Below are positions 49,641 to 61,716 of a stretch of DNA of 64,000 nucleotides, one piece after another; positions within the stretch are counted from its first letter, which is position 1; every line of letters starts with the position of its first letter. Origin of the DNA: Octopus sinensis. Lineage: Eukaryota. Both the position numbers and the translations under genes were made by a program. The DNA lies in NCBI RefSeq assembly GCF_006345805.1, contig NC_042999.1:166098001-166162000 (forward strand), given 5' to 3'. Under the pieces are notes generated by a model. The model saw nothing but the letters and a program-made list of their open reading frames with translations, was not told where the DNA came from and did not search any database.

Positions 49641-50449
49641 ATATATATATATATATATATTTCAGTTTTGGATTTGGTTTGCAAGCTTCTTTATATGAGT
49701 TCGTGTGTTGAAGCGTATTCTATTGTGTCTGGAGAGTCATTTTCTTTCTGTGCCTTATAATGTAACACACTCACCGGTAAAATTTCCACTTTTTTCTTAT
49801 TTTTATTTTCCTAAGATTTTCGTTGTGTCTTGCAACCTTTTCAATAGTTTTGACTCTGTCCATTATTTACACTGCGTTCCCTTTTGTTTGTGCGCATGTA
49901 TGTGGGTTAGCGTGTGTGTGTCTATGCATGCATGCAGGTATGTATGTATGTATGTATGTATATATGTGTGTGTATGTATATATGTGTGTGTATGTATATA
50001 TGTATGTGTGTGTGTGTGTGCATCTGTATGTATGTAGTCTGCATATTTATGTGCTTGCCTGTCCATGTTTGTGTATTTTCTATGTATGTTTGTGTGTGAG
50101 CATGTGTTTGTATATGTATGCACCTCTGTCTCCCTGTGTGTGTGCATGTGTGTGTGTGTGTTTTGCAACTATGTACCGTGTTTGTATGTATGAATGTGCA
50201 TCCATATGTGTCATTGTGTGAAGTAAAGTGTGTGTGTATATATGGTCATGTGTTTCAGTCTCCATTTGCGTATGTGTGCTTGTCTGTTCATATAACCTTT
50301 ATCCGTCTTTATGTTGATCTGTTTATTTTCATATCCATATGCTTACATACATGTGCATATACACATATATACCCCACACACATACATATACTTATCTACC
50401 TAACAGTCCACTAACTATTCTACTCTACCTGTGTAAACTGTGGGTATGG

Positions 50450-51240
50450 AGGTATGGTATTTACTGTGTATATTTCCTATTTAGTATTGGGGAGGTTTCA
50501 TTTATAAGGACGTAATCCTGTATTTGTCAGACTGTTGGGACTTTTGGGTGCTTGGATAAGATGCGGATGCCAAGTTGACCCAAGTTGCCTCCATGGTGGT
50601 CTTTGGCATGTTGGTAGAGTATGGAGGACTGTTTTCTGTCGTCATATTGTCTCAGATGTTCATTTATTCATTCCGCAATGCTCCTAGATGTCTCTCCTAT
50701 GTACGTCATGTTCACGTCTTTACAAGCACCTTCTATGCATCTTATGCTGTAAACTACATTTTGAGTTCTACAGTTGATATCAGGGCTAATCCTACATACC
50801 ATGCAGTTATCATTGGTGCATATGGTATTCTCAAAGGGGTGTGTCCTACATAGCTGTGATCTGATGGAGTTCCCTGGCTTTTCAACAATCTTAATGTTGA
50901 GTTTGGTTTCCTTCAGAGCTTTTCTAAACCTACAGGCTAGTTCCCCATGGCCTGTGGCCTCTACAAACATCACTCCTTGATATTTGTCGGTTTTATACCA
51001 CATGTTCGCCCTGTTTGCTTTGTCACAAGTTCTTTGTTTCTATATCTAGGGCAGGCACCACTAGTATCATTACATATAATGTTGTCTAATTTCTTTCTAG
51101 ACTCCCTCTGTATACTCAAACCCTATCTTTCTGATCATATATCGGGAGAACTGCATGCAGAGCATGAAGATCTGTATATGTTTCTTCATTTCATAGGGTT
51201 CGCATAGTGGGGGACACATTGTTCATTATTCTAACTAAGT
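50450..51240 (-). mobile_element. Penelope-like element fragment (RT thumb, linker, GIY-YIG endonuclease), Neptune-like
   Basis: MQFSRY ... CPRYR ... WYK..VMFVEAT ... CTNDNCMVC ... NVVYSIRCIEGAC....YIGETSRSIAE*INEH ... HAKDHH. A Cys-rich linker precedes the GIY-YIG domain; frameshifts and two TGA stops at Arg positions. Confidence 0.88.
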
Positions 51241-51401
51241 CTGCTATCAGTATATTAATTTTCATGTGTGACAAAGCTGAGTTCTTGTGAACAAAATATT
51301 TTGAAATTCATACATATACATACATACACACACAGACATATATACATACACACACATATCTACATATATATATATATTATATATATATATATATAATATA
51401 T

Positions 51402-51454
<53 letters not shown>

Positions 51455-52879
51455 TAGTTGTATACTGTGAACATAACGTGACAGTTCTGTAAAGGACACT
51501 ACACCACCGTTATTTAGCCCTAGGAAGCATCAACGCTTATATATATATATATATATATACATGCACACACACATATATATATATACATATATATATATAC
51601 ACATACACACACACACATCTATATATATACACACACACACATATATACATACACACATGCACACACACAAATATATATATGAAAATGAGTATTGAATGAT
51701 TAGTATCTTTCTTCATTGTCGATTTAGTTTGGCTTTATTGTACTAAATTAAAAAAGAAGAGACTACAACTCGATAAGAGAGGTTTGCACTTTATGATTTC
51801 TCTTTTCTTTTTCACCTTGTAATGACATTAAACTAAACAATTTTAAGTGAGGAATGCTTGTTTGTGTATGTAGATCGTTCTTCAGTTTATTTCAAGATTT
51901 CTTGCCAATAGAGAAAGAGCCGGTTTCTAACCTAGATCCAAGGTTCCTTCATTGGAATTTCAGCATCAATATCAGGGTATTTTTGTTTGTATGTATGTAT
52001 GTGTGTATGTATGTATGAAGGTATGTATGTATGTATGTATGTATGTATGTATGTATGTATGCATGCATGCATGCATGCATGAGCAGAATAAAACTGGAAA
52101 TTCAGTCGGAAATTTTTATTATATCAGAAATTACATAATTTTGATATGTGTTTCACTAGTATATATTAGTATGGTTTGTGGTCAATGAAACAGTGATAGA
52201 AATAGACTGGGTCTATGTTCATGTGAGTGAGTAGTTTGACTTGCACTCCCTTATATGTGTGAATACATATCTGTGTATAACCCTTTTCTACCACTGATTT
52301 TTTTCACTATTTATCACCGTTAACTTAAATAAGTACTAGGCTTACAAAGAATAAGTCCTGGAGTCGATTTGTTTGACTAAAGGTGGTGCTCCAGCATGGC
52401 CACAGTCAAATGACTGAAACAAATAAAAGAATAAAAACAAGCAGTTTTTGGATTGGCTCTGTCTACCAACTGACGTTGGAAACTAACAATGGATTAAATC
52501 ACTATTTTCTCCTGACTATCTGGTATTATAAACTCTATGTAACGATTACTGTATAGCATGTTAATATACGCGAGTGTATTATGTGTAAAGTCTGAGTAAT
52601 TTATATTATAATAAATTCTTTTTATTTTCTTTGGATATATTCTCTGTACTCTGCTCCAATGTATATAATACCAAAGGAAAATATGAAAAATTGTGCTTAA
52701 TATCTGATTGGAAGTTGGATGAAATTCTTTGTAAAGTTTAACTTTTATGCTCATTCGAACTGTTATGTGTGCATAAATGTGTACATTGGCACAGCTTGGC
52801 TTTTCAACCACAAGGTCCTGAGTTCAATTCCACAGCTGGCATCTTAGGCAAAAATGACACATTGCAGCATACTTATCTT

Positions 52880-53290
52880 GTTTTCCAGCTCAATTCTTTC
52901 TGGCTGTTTTAGACACAAGAATCTCTTTCCACTGTCTTCTCAGACCTGCAAGCAGCTGTATTCTTCAATCTACCTTCCCACTAATTCCTAGGCAGAAATC
53001 TTTTATACAGACTATGCCGGGAAAATCTTGTCACCAAGTTCAACAGGAACTGGCCAAGCTTCTAGTACTTGGTGGCTTCCCTCTACAAGGCTTTCTTTCA
53101 TCCATCTCTCCAAGAGACCATCGATTCAATTAGGAGGATCTTATTCACCTTCCCATTTCATATGGCTTAGTCATGCATCAAGAATATTTGAACAAGTGGG
53201 GCAAAATACAGTCTTTTTTTCTGGTTTATTCTTATCTCTCATGATTGTGCTGCCAGCAGGATGATCTTATTGCTTTTTGTTTTTTTAGGA
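52880..53290 (-). mobile_element. Very degenerate RLE-type (Hero-like) LINE 3' fragment
   Basis: Broken peptides IESMVSW ... KAL.REATKY.KL resemble the ELTVPWE..RK..KY region; many stops. Confidence 0.4.
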
Positions 53291-53493
53291 GACAATAATT
53301 TCTTTCACTTGGCTAAAATTCTCCCTCCTAGACTCGAAATTCCTCCCCTGGAAAGTGAACTGCTACTAGTTTGGGAATAAATGATAGAGGAACGATCCTT
53401 AGGTGTTGAACACAGTTGCTATTCTCTATCTCACTAGTTTATTCATTATTTACAATCTCTGAAGAATTAAATCTCTCTCTCCCTCTCTCTTTC

Positions 53494-53706
53494 ACTCTTT
53501 TACTCTTTTACTTGTTTCAGTCATGTGACTGCGGCCATGCTGGAGCACCACCTTTAGTCGAGCAAAATCGACCCCGGGACTTATTCTTTGTAAGCCCAGT
53601 ACTTATTCTATCGGTCTCTTTTTGCCGAACCGCTAAGTGACGGGGACGTAAACACAACAGCATCGGTTGTCAAGCGATGTTGGGGGGGACAAACACAAAC
53701 ACACAA

Positions 53707-53751
<45 letters not shown>

Positions 53752-54464
53752 CGACAGGCTTCTTTCAGTTTCCGTCTACCAAACCCACTCACAAGGCATT
53801 GATCGGCCCGAGGCTATAGCAGAAGACACTTGCCCAAGTCTGCGTTGCATTGTCTATATGTTGAAAAACACACACACACACACACAAACAACAACAACAG
53901 AAATAACTATATGTATTATATATGTATGCATGGTGGTGCTCCTGATACTGGCGGTGCATGGCCACAACTGAAACATGTAAAAGAATAAAAGAAAGAATAT
54001 AGTCTTTTTTAAGTCTCTGTTGCATTGTGTTGACAGGCTTGCACTTAAAATTCCTGCATTTATAATCAAAACTTTTTAGTTACTAAGGTGACAACACTAC
54101 TTATTTCTCTCTCTCTCTCTCACTGTATCCCTCAAGAACAATTAATTAAAATTATTTCATCCAATATTTCAGCAAAAAATCAAAAGTTCAAAAACCATTC
54201 ACACTAATACCATTAGACTTTTCTGAAATATCACAATACCATTCTAAGAAGGATAGGACTAGAAGTAGAGGAAACCAAAAAAGGAGTAACTTGTTGATAC
54301 ATGCTTCCCTACAGTTTAAAAATTTCCATCTTTCTGGTGAAATTTTCCTTCTCTGTTCCTAGAAATACTTCCCCCATCACCAATACTATTGTATCTTTAA
54401 TGACACTATCCGGAACCATGTGGTTGGTAAGCAAGCTACTTACCACAAAGCCACTCCTGCGCCT
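53494..54464 (-). mobile_element. SINE family A split by a 572-bp insertion (53839-54410)
   Basis: The SINE runs 53494-53838 (..gacacttgcccaag) and resumes at 54411 (cggaaccatgtggttgg..ccactcctgcgcct), with about 23 nt of SINE missing. Confidence 0.9.
53839..54410. repeat. Inverted near-identical duplicate of 62700-63300
   Basis: Reverse-complement identity except for microsatellite lengths and a handful of substitutions or indels; the ORF track shows the twin ORFs 53854..54069 and 63053..63313. Confidence 0.95.
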
Positions 54465-55072
54465 CACTCTCTGCTTTTGTTTTAGTACTTTATCTACTTT
54501 CTGAGTGTGAATGCATTGCATTGCCAGGAAGTACCCAGAGAAAGTAATGTGTGTGTGTGTGTGAGTGCATATATGTGAATGTACATGTATGAATGTGCTT
54601 GTGGATATTCATATGATGTGTATATGTATTAGATTTCTATTTGATTTCTAAACCATATTTTCCTTCTTCTTAAATTTTATTATGCTTATTTGTTTATTTA
54701 TTCATCTTAATTTCTTTATTTACCAAATGGTTTGTTTATTTAAATATTACAGGATGGTCCGCCAAATTTCTTTCGAAAGTTAATCTATTTTTAGAAAGCA
54801 AATTTTTATGGCAAACCCATTTTGTATTTTTCTGATTAGTATTTTTGATTAAAAACAAAAATGATCTTATTTTTATTGTTTCTTTGCCTAAATTTGTGTT
54901 GATCTTCAGTCATTGCCTCCTTAAAGAAAATCAAATATAGTAACCTGTCATATACATATATTGCCTGTGAAATTGTGAGACTGGTTACTATCTGTAGTAG
55001 AATTAATGTTTTAACCTACTATGTTGCGTATGAAGATTAGTTTGTTAATTAAATTGTAACACATTTATATAT

Positions 55073-55274
55073 ACTCTTTTACTCTTTTACTTGTTTCAGT
55101 CATTTGACTGTGGCTATGCTGGAGCACCGCCTTTAGTCGAGCAAATCGATCCCGGGACTTATTCTTTGTAAGCCCAATACTTATTCTATCGGTCTCTTTT
55201 GCCGAACTGCTAAGTGACGGGGACGTAAACACACCAGCATCGGTTGTCAAGCAATGCTAGGGGGACAAACACAA

Positions 55275-55309
<35 letters not shown>

Positions 55310-55475
55310 CATATATACGACAGGCTTCTTTCAGTTTCCGTCTACCAAATCCACTCACAAGGCATTGGTCAGCCCGGGGCTATAGCAGAAGACACTTGCC
55401 CAAGATGCCATACAGTGGGACTGAACCCGCAACCATGTGGTTGGTTAGCAAGCTACTTACCACACAGCCACTCCT
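55073..55475 (-). mobile_element. SINE family A, near full length
   Basis: Reverse complement of 27287-27689. Confidence 0.92.
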
Positions 55476-55867
55476 GGTGTATATATATTTATATAAATAT
55501 TTTATATATATATTTTATATATATTTATATATATATGTTTATATATATATTTTAAATATGTGTGAATGGGTATATAATGCCAGCTGTATAACTTAATTAT
55601 GAGACAACTGCTATCTATTCTCTTGCTTCATTTTCTTTCAGTTTATCAAGTTAGTCACTGAGAAGATTGCAGAAAGCAACAAAAGAGCTTTGCCATAAAA
55701 AAACGGAATCAAACCAGTGTGTGTGTTAATTATATTGGTATGATGACCCTCCCTAGACACAACAAAATTTGTTTCAACACACAAATTCACATAAAGCATC
55801 TTGCAAACTAGATACAAAAATGAAACAATATATATATATGAAATGTACAGTATTATATATCCATCGT

Positions 55868-55936
55868 GGCTGATCTTACCAATTGGTTTTGCACTGGGAA
55901 TTGATTATAATAACCTTACGCTCATCAGAGTTAGCC
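55868..55936 (-). ncRNA. Type I hammerhead motif, probably inactivated (G12->A)
   Basis: GGCUAACU CUGAUGA GCGU...GUGC AAAA C CAAUUG GUA AGAUCAGCC; the stem III region ACCAAUUGGU is a perfect palindrome; GAAA is changed to AAAA at 55890. Confidence 0.75.
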
Positions 55937-56729
55937 GATACAGAAAGGAATATGGCGACTGCTCTCTATCGTTGGAGATGAATAGACACATCCCATTTGT
56001 GGTTGCTGTGAAAAAGATGGTGAAACAAAAATGAGCAGGGATTAGGTTAGGGGTCATGTCCCTTCACTGGATTCTCTGTAGAGCTAGTAAGAGTGGAAGA
56101 GTGTCTGCTATTAAGTGTGGTGCTCCTGTGGGGACGGGATATGCGATATGGGTAGCGGTGTCATATGTATAATTTTTTCCCAGGAGTGTAGGCATATATA
56201 ATTGTGTTTGTTAGTCTGTTTTCTTTCTGTAGTTGTTAAGGTTGTGGGGGCTTTATGTTAGTGTGTGGTGTGTGTAGGGGTACAATGTCTGTATAGGGGG
56301 ATGGAAGACAGTATATTTAATAGATGTCCACCTTGTTGGGGCATGCAGGTATGTACGAGGTGTATGCTCTGGTCAAACTCTTTGCTAGGCTCAAGGGTAC
56401 TGGTAGAAGGCAGAGGTTGGGGGCCTGGTGGCTGTAGTTATGGGGCATGCAGGTATGACAGGATGTACTTCTTTTCATGTGGGCAAGATTAAGCACTTCA
56501 CTTCTGCTATTCAGGTAAATATAAAGGCACTGGGTACCCTTTAAAATCACTCTCTTCTCAGCCAGGTATAACCTGCACTTCCTGCTGTCATTGAAGAATG
56601 GCTTGCATTTCTTCGGGATCTTCCACTTTATGTTGTTCTCAGTAGCACTTTTTTCCACAGCAACCACAAACCAGATGTGTCCATTCACCCCTGACAATAG
56701 AAAGCAGTCTCCATATTCTTTTCCATATT

Positions 56730-56820
56730 GGCTAACTCTGATGAGTATAAGGTTATATAAATGGATTGTTACCTAACATTTAGTTGTATTCTGAGTGCGA
56801 AACTGATTGGTAAGATCAGC
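56730..56820 (+). ncRNA. Type I hammerhead motif, intact core
   Basis: GGCUAACU CUGAUGA(56738-44) GUAU...GUGC GAAA(56799-802) C UGAUUG GUA(56810-12) AGAUCAGC. Confidence 0.78.
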
Positions 56821-57949
56821 TGTAATGGCTATATATATATTACTGCACATTTTGGTAATATATTTACATATATATATATATATATATATAAATATATTTT
56901 CATTTAGAGATAGTAGGCCCCTTCATCTCACCATATGAAAAAAAGAATTTTTATTTTAATACCTACACTTTTATAACTTGGCTACACATTTTTCATGAGG
57001 TACATTTCCCAGTTCCTAAACCACTCCATATTTTGCTGGAACCCTTCTTAAAATGTAACCCCAATCATCAGGCCCTTATCACTTTATCATTGTTAAATAC
57101 TATAAACTATATTTTAATTTTTTTAAACCCTTAAGTATGTGTGAAATAGGTACGTGTAAATTAGGTTCGCTGGACCCTACAGTACAAGCAATAATTCAGA
57201 TAAAAGTCCAAATAAAAAATTATAAAAATAAACAACAAATTACAAAAGTAAAATAAGAAATAAAAATGCGAAAAAATACGAAAAATTTACAAAAACTATG
57301 TTAGTAATATATAGGGTTAAAAATAAAATATATACTTGTGATAATATAAAATGATATAAAATGAAAGGAATGGCAAAAAAATATATACGAATAAAAATAA
57401 AAGGAATGGCAAGAAAAATATATGCGAATAAAAATAAATATGAATAAAAATATATACTAATAAACATGGAGGCAATGACGAATGAAGATTTTTGAATAAA
57501 AGCTATACTACTAATTGTGAACTATAGTACTAATTGTGAACTGCAAAATTTACAAGTGATAACTTTTAAAAATTTACAAAATAAAATAAAATAAAATAAA
57601 AATAACTTGATGGTAACGTAAAGGAAAATATACAATTCACCAATGGCTCCATCATCCTACAACGTCTTAATTATGGCTTGACATTGCAAAGTCCAGCAAA
57701 GTACTCGCACCCCTCCTTACTGCTTCTTTTAAACCATTATTTAATCAACGTATTATCTAAATAGTAAACATGGTCCACGAAACTACAAAAATGCATCATG
57801 GGAACATTACTTTTTTAATTTCATATTATTCCGTATTATTCCGCCCTTTAATCACCCACTACTATTCATCCCCACATCTAATGGTAAGTTGTTACATTCA
57901 TATTAAATAATAATAGTATTAATAATACTTTCACTAAAATTTAGGGTTA

Positions 57950-58800
57950 GGCGTTATTAATTAGGCATTTCAGTCTAATTTTTCAGTTTAATTTTTCGTT
58001 CATTCTGTGCATTAAGAAGCCCCATTTTATCCCATAATAACTCCATGAATTCATGGGTACATATCAGATATGACCTATAAGATTTAGCTTTACATATTAT
58101 CTCCCACTTTAATTCCTAATTAATTTTTTTCGTTTTTAAACTCCAAATGTATTTACTTAGTTCTGTAGAATTCCTAAGTTTCTTAATTTTTACATGAATT
58201 CAAGTGCTGTGCTATTCGCTGTCAAACCTATATACGTTCTATCTGGATATTTTTCAATATCCGTATTATTTATTCCACTATTTTCATTCCCATCTACTTT
58301 ACCAAAACCACACATTTATATACTACATCACTAACATTACATCTTCCATTAAATTTACATTGGTTTTTATCTCTGCAGTTACAAGTATTACGGTCTCTAT
58401 CACTTCTATTCATATGCTTATTTAAATTATCATAGTAATATTTATTCAGCCTATACTTATTTATTGATGAAATAATATTCCATACATTGTTAGTAGTTGA
58501 ATACCCCACTCCTATATTATTTTTAGAGAATATTTCGATATATTTCTTATTTTCCATAATAAATGATTCTATTGTATTAGTGATATCTTTAATAATATTA
58601 CTTTTAACTTGAGTACCATATGGGACAATCAACCATATTATTTTATTATTATTTTTCTTTATGCTTATATTATTATTAATCCCCTTATCTTTATTTACAC
58701 AAGTCTTGTTATTATCTTCTATATTATTTAAAGTATTGTCTCCTATATGATTTTCTTTTAATTTTAAATCCTTCCCTGTTAATCTCAACCTATCTATATA
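57950..58800 (-). mobile_element. AT-rich Penelope-like element fragment (linker and GIY-YIG), likely Hydra-clade type
   Basis: IIWLIVPYGTQVKSNI ... IFSKNNIGVGYS ... CNCRDKNQCKFNGRC...VVYKC, then after a frameshift TYIGLT ... STELSKYIWSLK ... KWEIICKA ... LICTHE ... LLNAQNE. The clade label is inference. Confidence 0.85.
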
Positions 58801-59052
58801 CTTTATACCATTTATATTTTTCCTGTTTTTTTATCATCTTGAATTCCATATTTTTACGGTGTGTTCTTCTATTATTACTTTTATACATATTATTTTTCTT
58901 TTTCTTTTTATTATAATATACATTTCTCTCTCTCTCTATATATATATATACATACATACATACATATATATATATATGCTTTCAGTGCGAATGTTTTTTT
59001 TATATGGTGCCATGTTTACAATCCTGTAAATAATAATAATGGTGTTTTTATA

Positions 59053-59274
59053 TAAGCTTAAAGCTTATGGCGATCACCGTGCAATGACTAAGGAAAATAG
59101 TCTAATAAAAGGGGCATATAAGCCCTCAACAGAAAAAAGAAGGCTTTCCTAGCTGCGTGGGAGTCGAACCCATATCCCTTTGTTAACGCGACTAAATGTG
59201 TTACCTTTACACCAGCGAAACATCTTCCCCATTTTTGTCAAATTGCTCAGTGATTGCCATAAACTTTAAGCTTA
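59053..59274. mobile_element. TIR element (MITE) with TA flanks carrying a tRNA-like sequence
   Basis: 28-nt inverted repeats ATATAAGCTTAAAGCTTATGGCGATCAC (59050-59077) and GTGATTGCCATAAACTTTAAGCTTATAT (59250-59277), 2 mismatches. Confidence 0.8.
59148..59222 (-). pseudogene. tRNA-like / tRNA-derived Pol III unit (not a canonical tRNA)
   Basis: Minus strand has A box TGGTGTAAAGGT with D-arm GTGT/ACAC, B box GGTTCGACTCC with T-arm TGGG/CCCA, and a T-run just downstream. The anticodon and acceptor stems do not pair. Confidence 0.6.
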
Positions 59275-59276
59275 TA

Positions 59277-59642
59277 TCTCTCTCTCTCTATATAAACGGC
59301 AGTTTGTCTGTGCGTGTTTCTGTGTGTCTGTTTGCTTGTACCCTCACCCTGACCACGGCTTTCAAATTCAACCGATTGATGAAACTTGACACACACATAG
59401 CCCAATCATAATTCAAGTTCCCCCAGTTCTGAAAAAATCGATAAATTCGACATGGGGTCGAGAATAAAAAAAAAACAAACCACAGACTGTCTAGGGGACG
59501 CAACTCAACCACCTTTTTTTACTCTCAAAAAAATTTACCATCATTTTTTCCATTTTTTTGCTATTTTTTGGCTATAACTCTCTAAAAGTGCTTTATAGTT
59601 ATTTCCCTTACAAACCTGAGCAACGCCGGGCGATACTGCTAG
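59277..59642 (+). mobile_element. Non-autonomous Helitron 1
   Basis: 5' A|TC start; 3' subterminal hairpin CCTGAGCAACGCCGGG, then CTAG|T (59639-59642); no TSD. Confidence 0.78.
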
Positions 59643-60153
59643 TATATATATAAAACTGTAGTTGTGTGAGTGTCTGTCTCCTACGATTTAGATTCCTAAC
59701 TCCTCCCACATTTTGCGGTGCAGTTTAACCAAATTCGGGTATCTTATAGTCGTGATTAATATCGAGCCCGTCTGGCTATTAGCGCGCGTCTACGATGAGT
59801 CTACGATTTTAAAAATAATTTAACATCATTTTTTATTCCATTTTAATGCATAATTTTTCGTGTGTCGATGGCGGCGGAGTTGGCGTCCATGGTCACACCT
59901 GCACCTGTTTGCTTCTCCCCCTTCTTCCCTCCCTCGTGAAGCTGTGGGGAAGGGAGTGTAAAGAAATCAACGTCGTAAAGCGTTGTCAAGGAGACCAGCG
60001 TTCTTTTAGAACAACGACTTCATGGCTTGAAGACACCAAAACAGAAATGGCTAAGAAAGCCCGAATTGGCATCTATAAGGGAAGTAACTCTCTAAAAATG
60101 CTTATATAGTTATTTCCCTTACAAACCCGAGCAACGCCGGGCGATACTGCTAG
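59643..60153 (+). mobile_element. Non-autonomous Helitron 2, tandem with Helitron 1
   Basis: Different body but the same ~70-nt 3' end, with hairpin CCCGAGCAACGCCGGG and CTAG|T (60150-60153). Confidence 0.78.
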
Positions 60154-60252
60154 TATAATTATATAAGGAAATACTTTTTCATGCACTCATATAAGTATAA
60201 TGGAAAGTGCCCATGCACAATAAACACATACAAATGAATATGTACTCACAAG

Positions 60253-60285
<33 letters not shown>

Positions 60286-60794
60286 CTGTATAAACAAATG
60301 TATATTCATATGTTTACACATATATATGCCTGTATGCATAAATTTTCATAACCATGTATAAATATACACATGTATAAACATGAATAAATGCTAACACACA
60401 CACACACATATGCCATATTCACATGCATAATGGGATTAATTAAACTAAAAACAAACAAATTTCATCATCATTCAGCGTGAATGAAGATAATAATAATAAG
60501 CATACAGGTTGTACATAAATAGATGCAGAAATGTAATGTGTTAAAAAAGTGATTTCGAATTGCAATGAAAGCAATAAAAGAAATTGAGAGAAAACATTGG
60601 AAGCAATAAACTATAAGTCGAGCTGCTTTGTTTGTCAGCAGAGGACGTGGCCAGTCCAGTAGAATCAAGAATTAAAAGTGTAGATAAATATTGTGTGTAA
60701 GAGAAACAGGGAAAAGGGTTTAATATGATTTTGTGTCTTCTAAATACTCTTAAAAAGCACTTCATTGGCAAATATATGCTCATATGCTTGTATG

Positions 60795-61061
60795 TCATTC
60801 CGGGGTCATTCCGAAAAGCTCTACCTGCGACGATTTCATCTCAATCGAAGGAGAGGAGCTTTCTCCGTCCGGGTTGCGGATCCGTGGAACAAGCTGCCAG
60901 ACGAGATGGTGAAGATGCCGACGACCGCTTTGTTCAAAGCCTCCCTTGACCTCAAGTGGCCTGAACTCTTTACATGAACACCACCCTGTACTTAACTCCA
61001 TGTCCCCCTACATGGCCTTGCTATTTGCTTTTGAGCCAAATTAACTAACTAACTAACTAAC
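60795..61061 (+). mobile_element. CR1 LINE 3' end with (TAAC)5 tail
   Basis: RGHSEKL.....LNRRRGAFSVRVADPWNKLPDEMVKMPTTALFKASLD* is the classic CR1 ORF2 C-terminus; it is followed by a short 3' UTR and a tandem tail. Confidence 0.92.
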
Positions 61062-61669
61062 ATGTATGTATGTGTGAATAGAGATAAATATATGTACACA
61101 CATAGTTTCATGCATAAGTACTACAAATTTGTGTGTGTGTGTGTGTGTAAATATAAACAGATATAAACATAGAGACTTGCAGATGTATATCTACACAGAA
61201 GCCTCTATGTATGAACATCATGTCAATGAATAAAGGTGGCGAGCTGACATTTCTTCTGTCTTTATGTCGAGGTTGACTTAGCATTTCATCCTTGTAGAAT
61301 CGATAAAATAAGTATCTGATGCGCTCTGGGGTCGATGTAAAATACTTACCTCCTCCCCTGAAATTTGCTGTCTTGTGCCAAAATTCGAAATCAATATTAT
61401 TCTTGATAAAAGCAGCTAACTGGCAGAATCCTTAGCATGGCAGGCAAAGTGCTTGGCAGCGTTTTGTCCTTCTTTATGTTCTGAGTTCAAATTCTGCTGA
61501 GGTTGACTTTGCTTTGCATCCTTGCAGGAGTCAAGGAAATAAATGCCAGTTGAGCACTGAGGTCAATGTAATCGACTTACCTGCTTCCCTGAAATTGCTG
61601 GCCTTGTACCAAAATTTGAAATCGATAGTAATACAAATATCACATTAATATCGTAAGTTTTTTCTAGCA

Positions 61670-61716
61670 AAAACTGTCTGATGAACGGCAACAAGAAACT
61701 CAGAGTAACAGATTTT
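61670..61716 (+). ncRNA. Minimal type I hammerhead motif with degenerate stem II
   Basis: AAAACUGU CUGAUGA ACG-GCAA-CAA GAAA CUCAGAG UA ACAGAUUUU; stem I is 4+4 bp; AATAAA and (TA)n follow. Confidence 0.65.

Larger units (their letters stand above)
55838..56852 (-). mobile_element. 5'-truncated Penelope-like element with inverted pseudo-LTRs
   Basis: Inverted repeats at ~55838-56020 and ~56650-56852, each with a hammerhead, flank an EN C-terminal remnant KWKI.KKCKPF.N.SRKCRLYLAEKRVI...LNSRSE (ORF 56317..56697). Confidence 0.85.

Noticed and set aside
50540-50670. In-frame TGA codons in the PLE GIY-YIG frame as possible selenocysteine (as in some Naiad PLEs)
   Set aside because: Both TGAs fall at Arg positions (AE*INEH, V*QIQ), consistent with CGA->TGA decay. 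The Cys codons are ordinary, the endonuclease is C-terminal, and the element is frameshifted.
44756-52188. ORFs rich in Y/I/H/T/V/C/M (e.g. 44802..45155, 49823..50221, 51262..51474)
   Set aside because: They are translations of (TA)/(CA)/(TACA) microsatellites.
57930-57960. TTTAGGGTTAGG (and CCCTAA near 4380-4396) as interstitial telomere
   Set aside because: Only two imperfect units, embedded in transposon-derived sequence.
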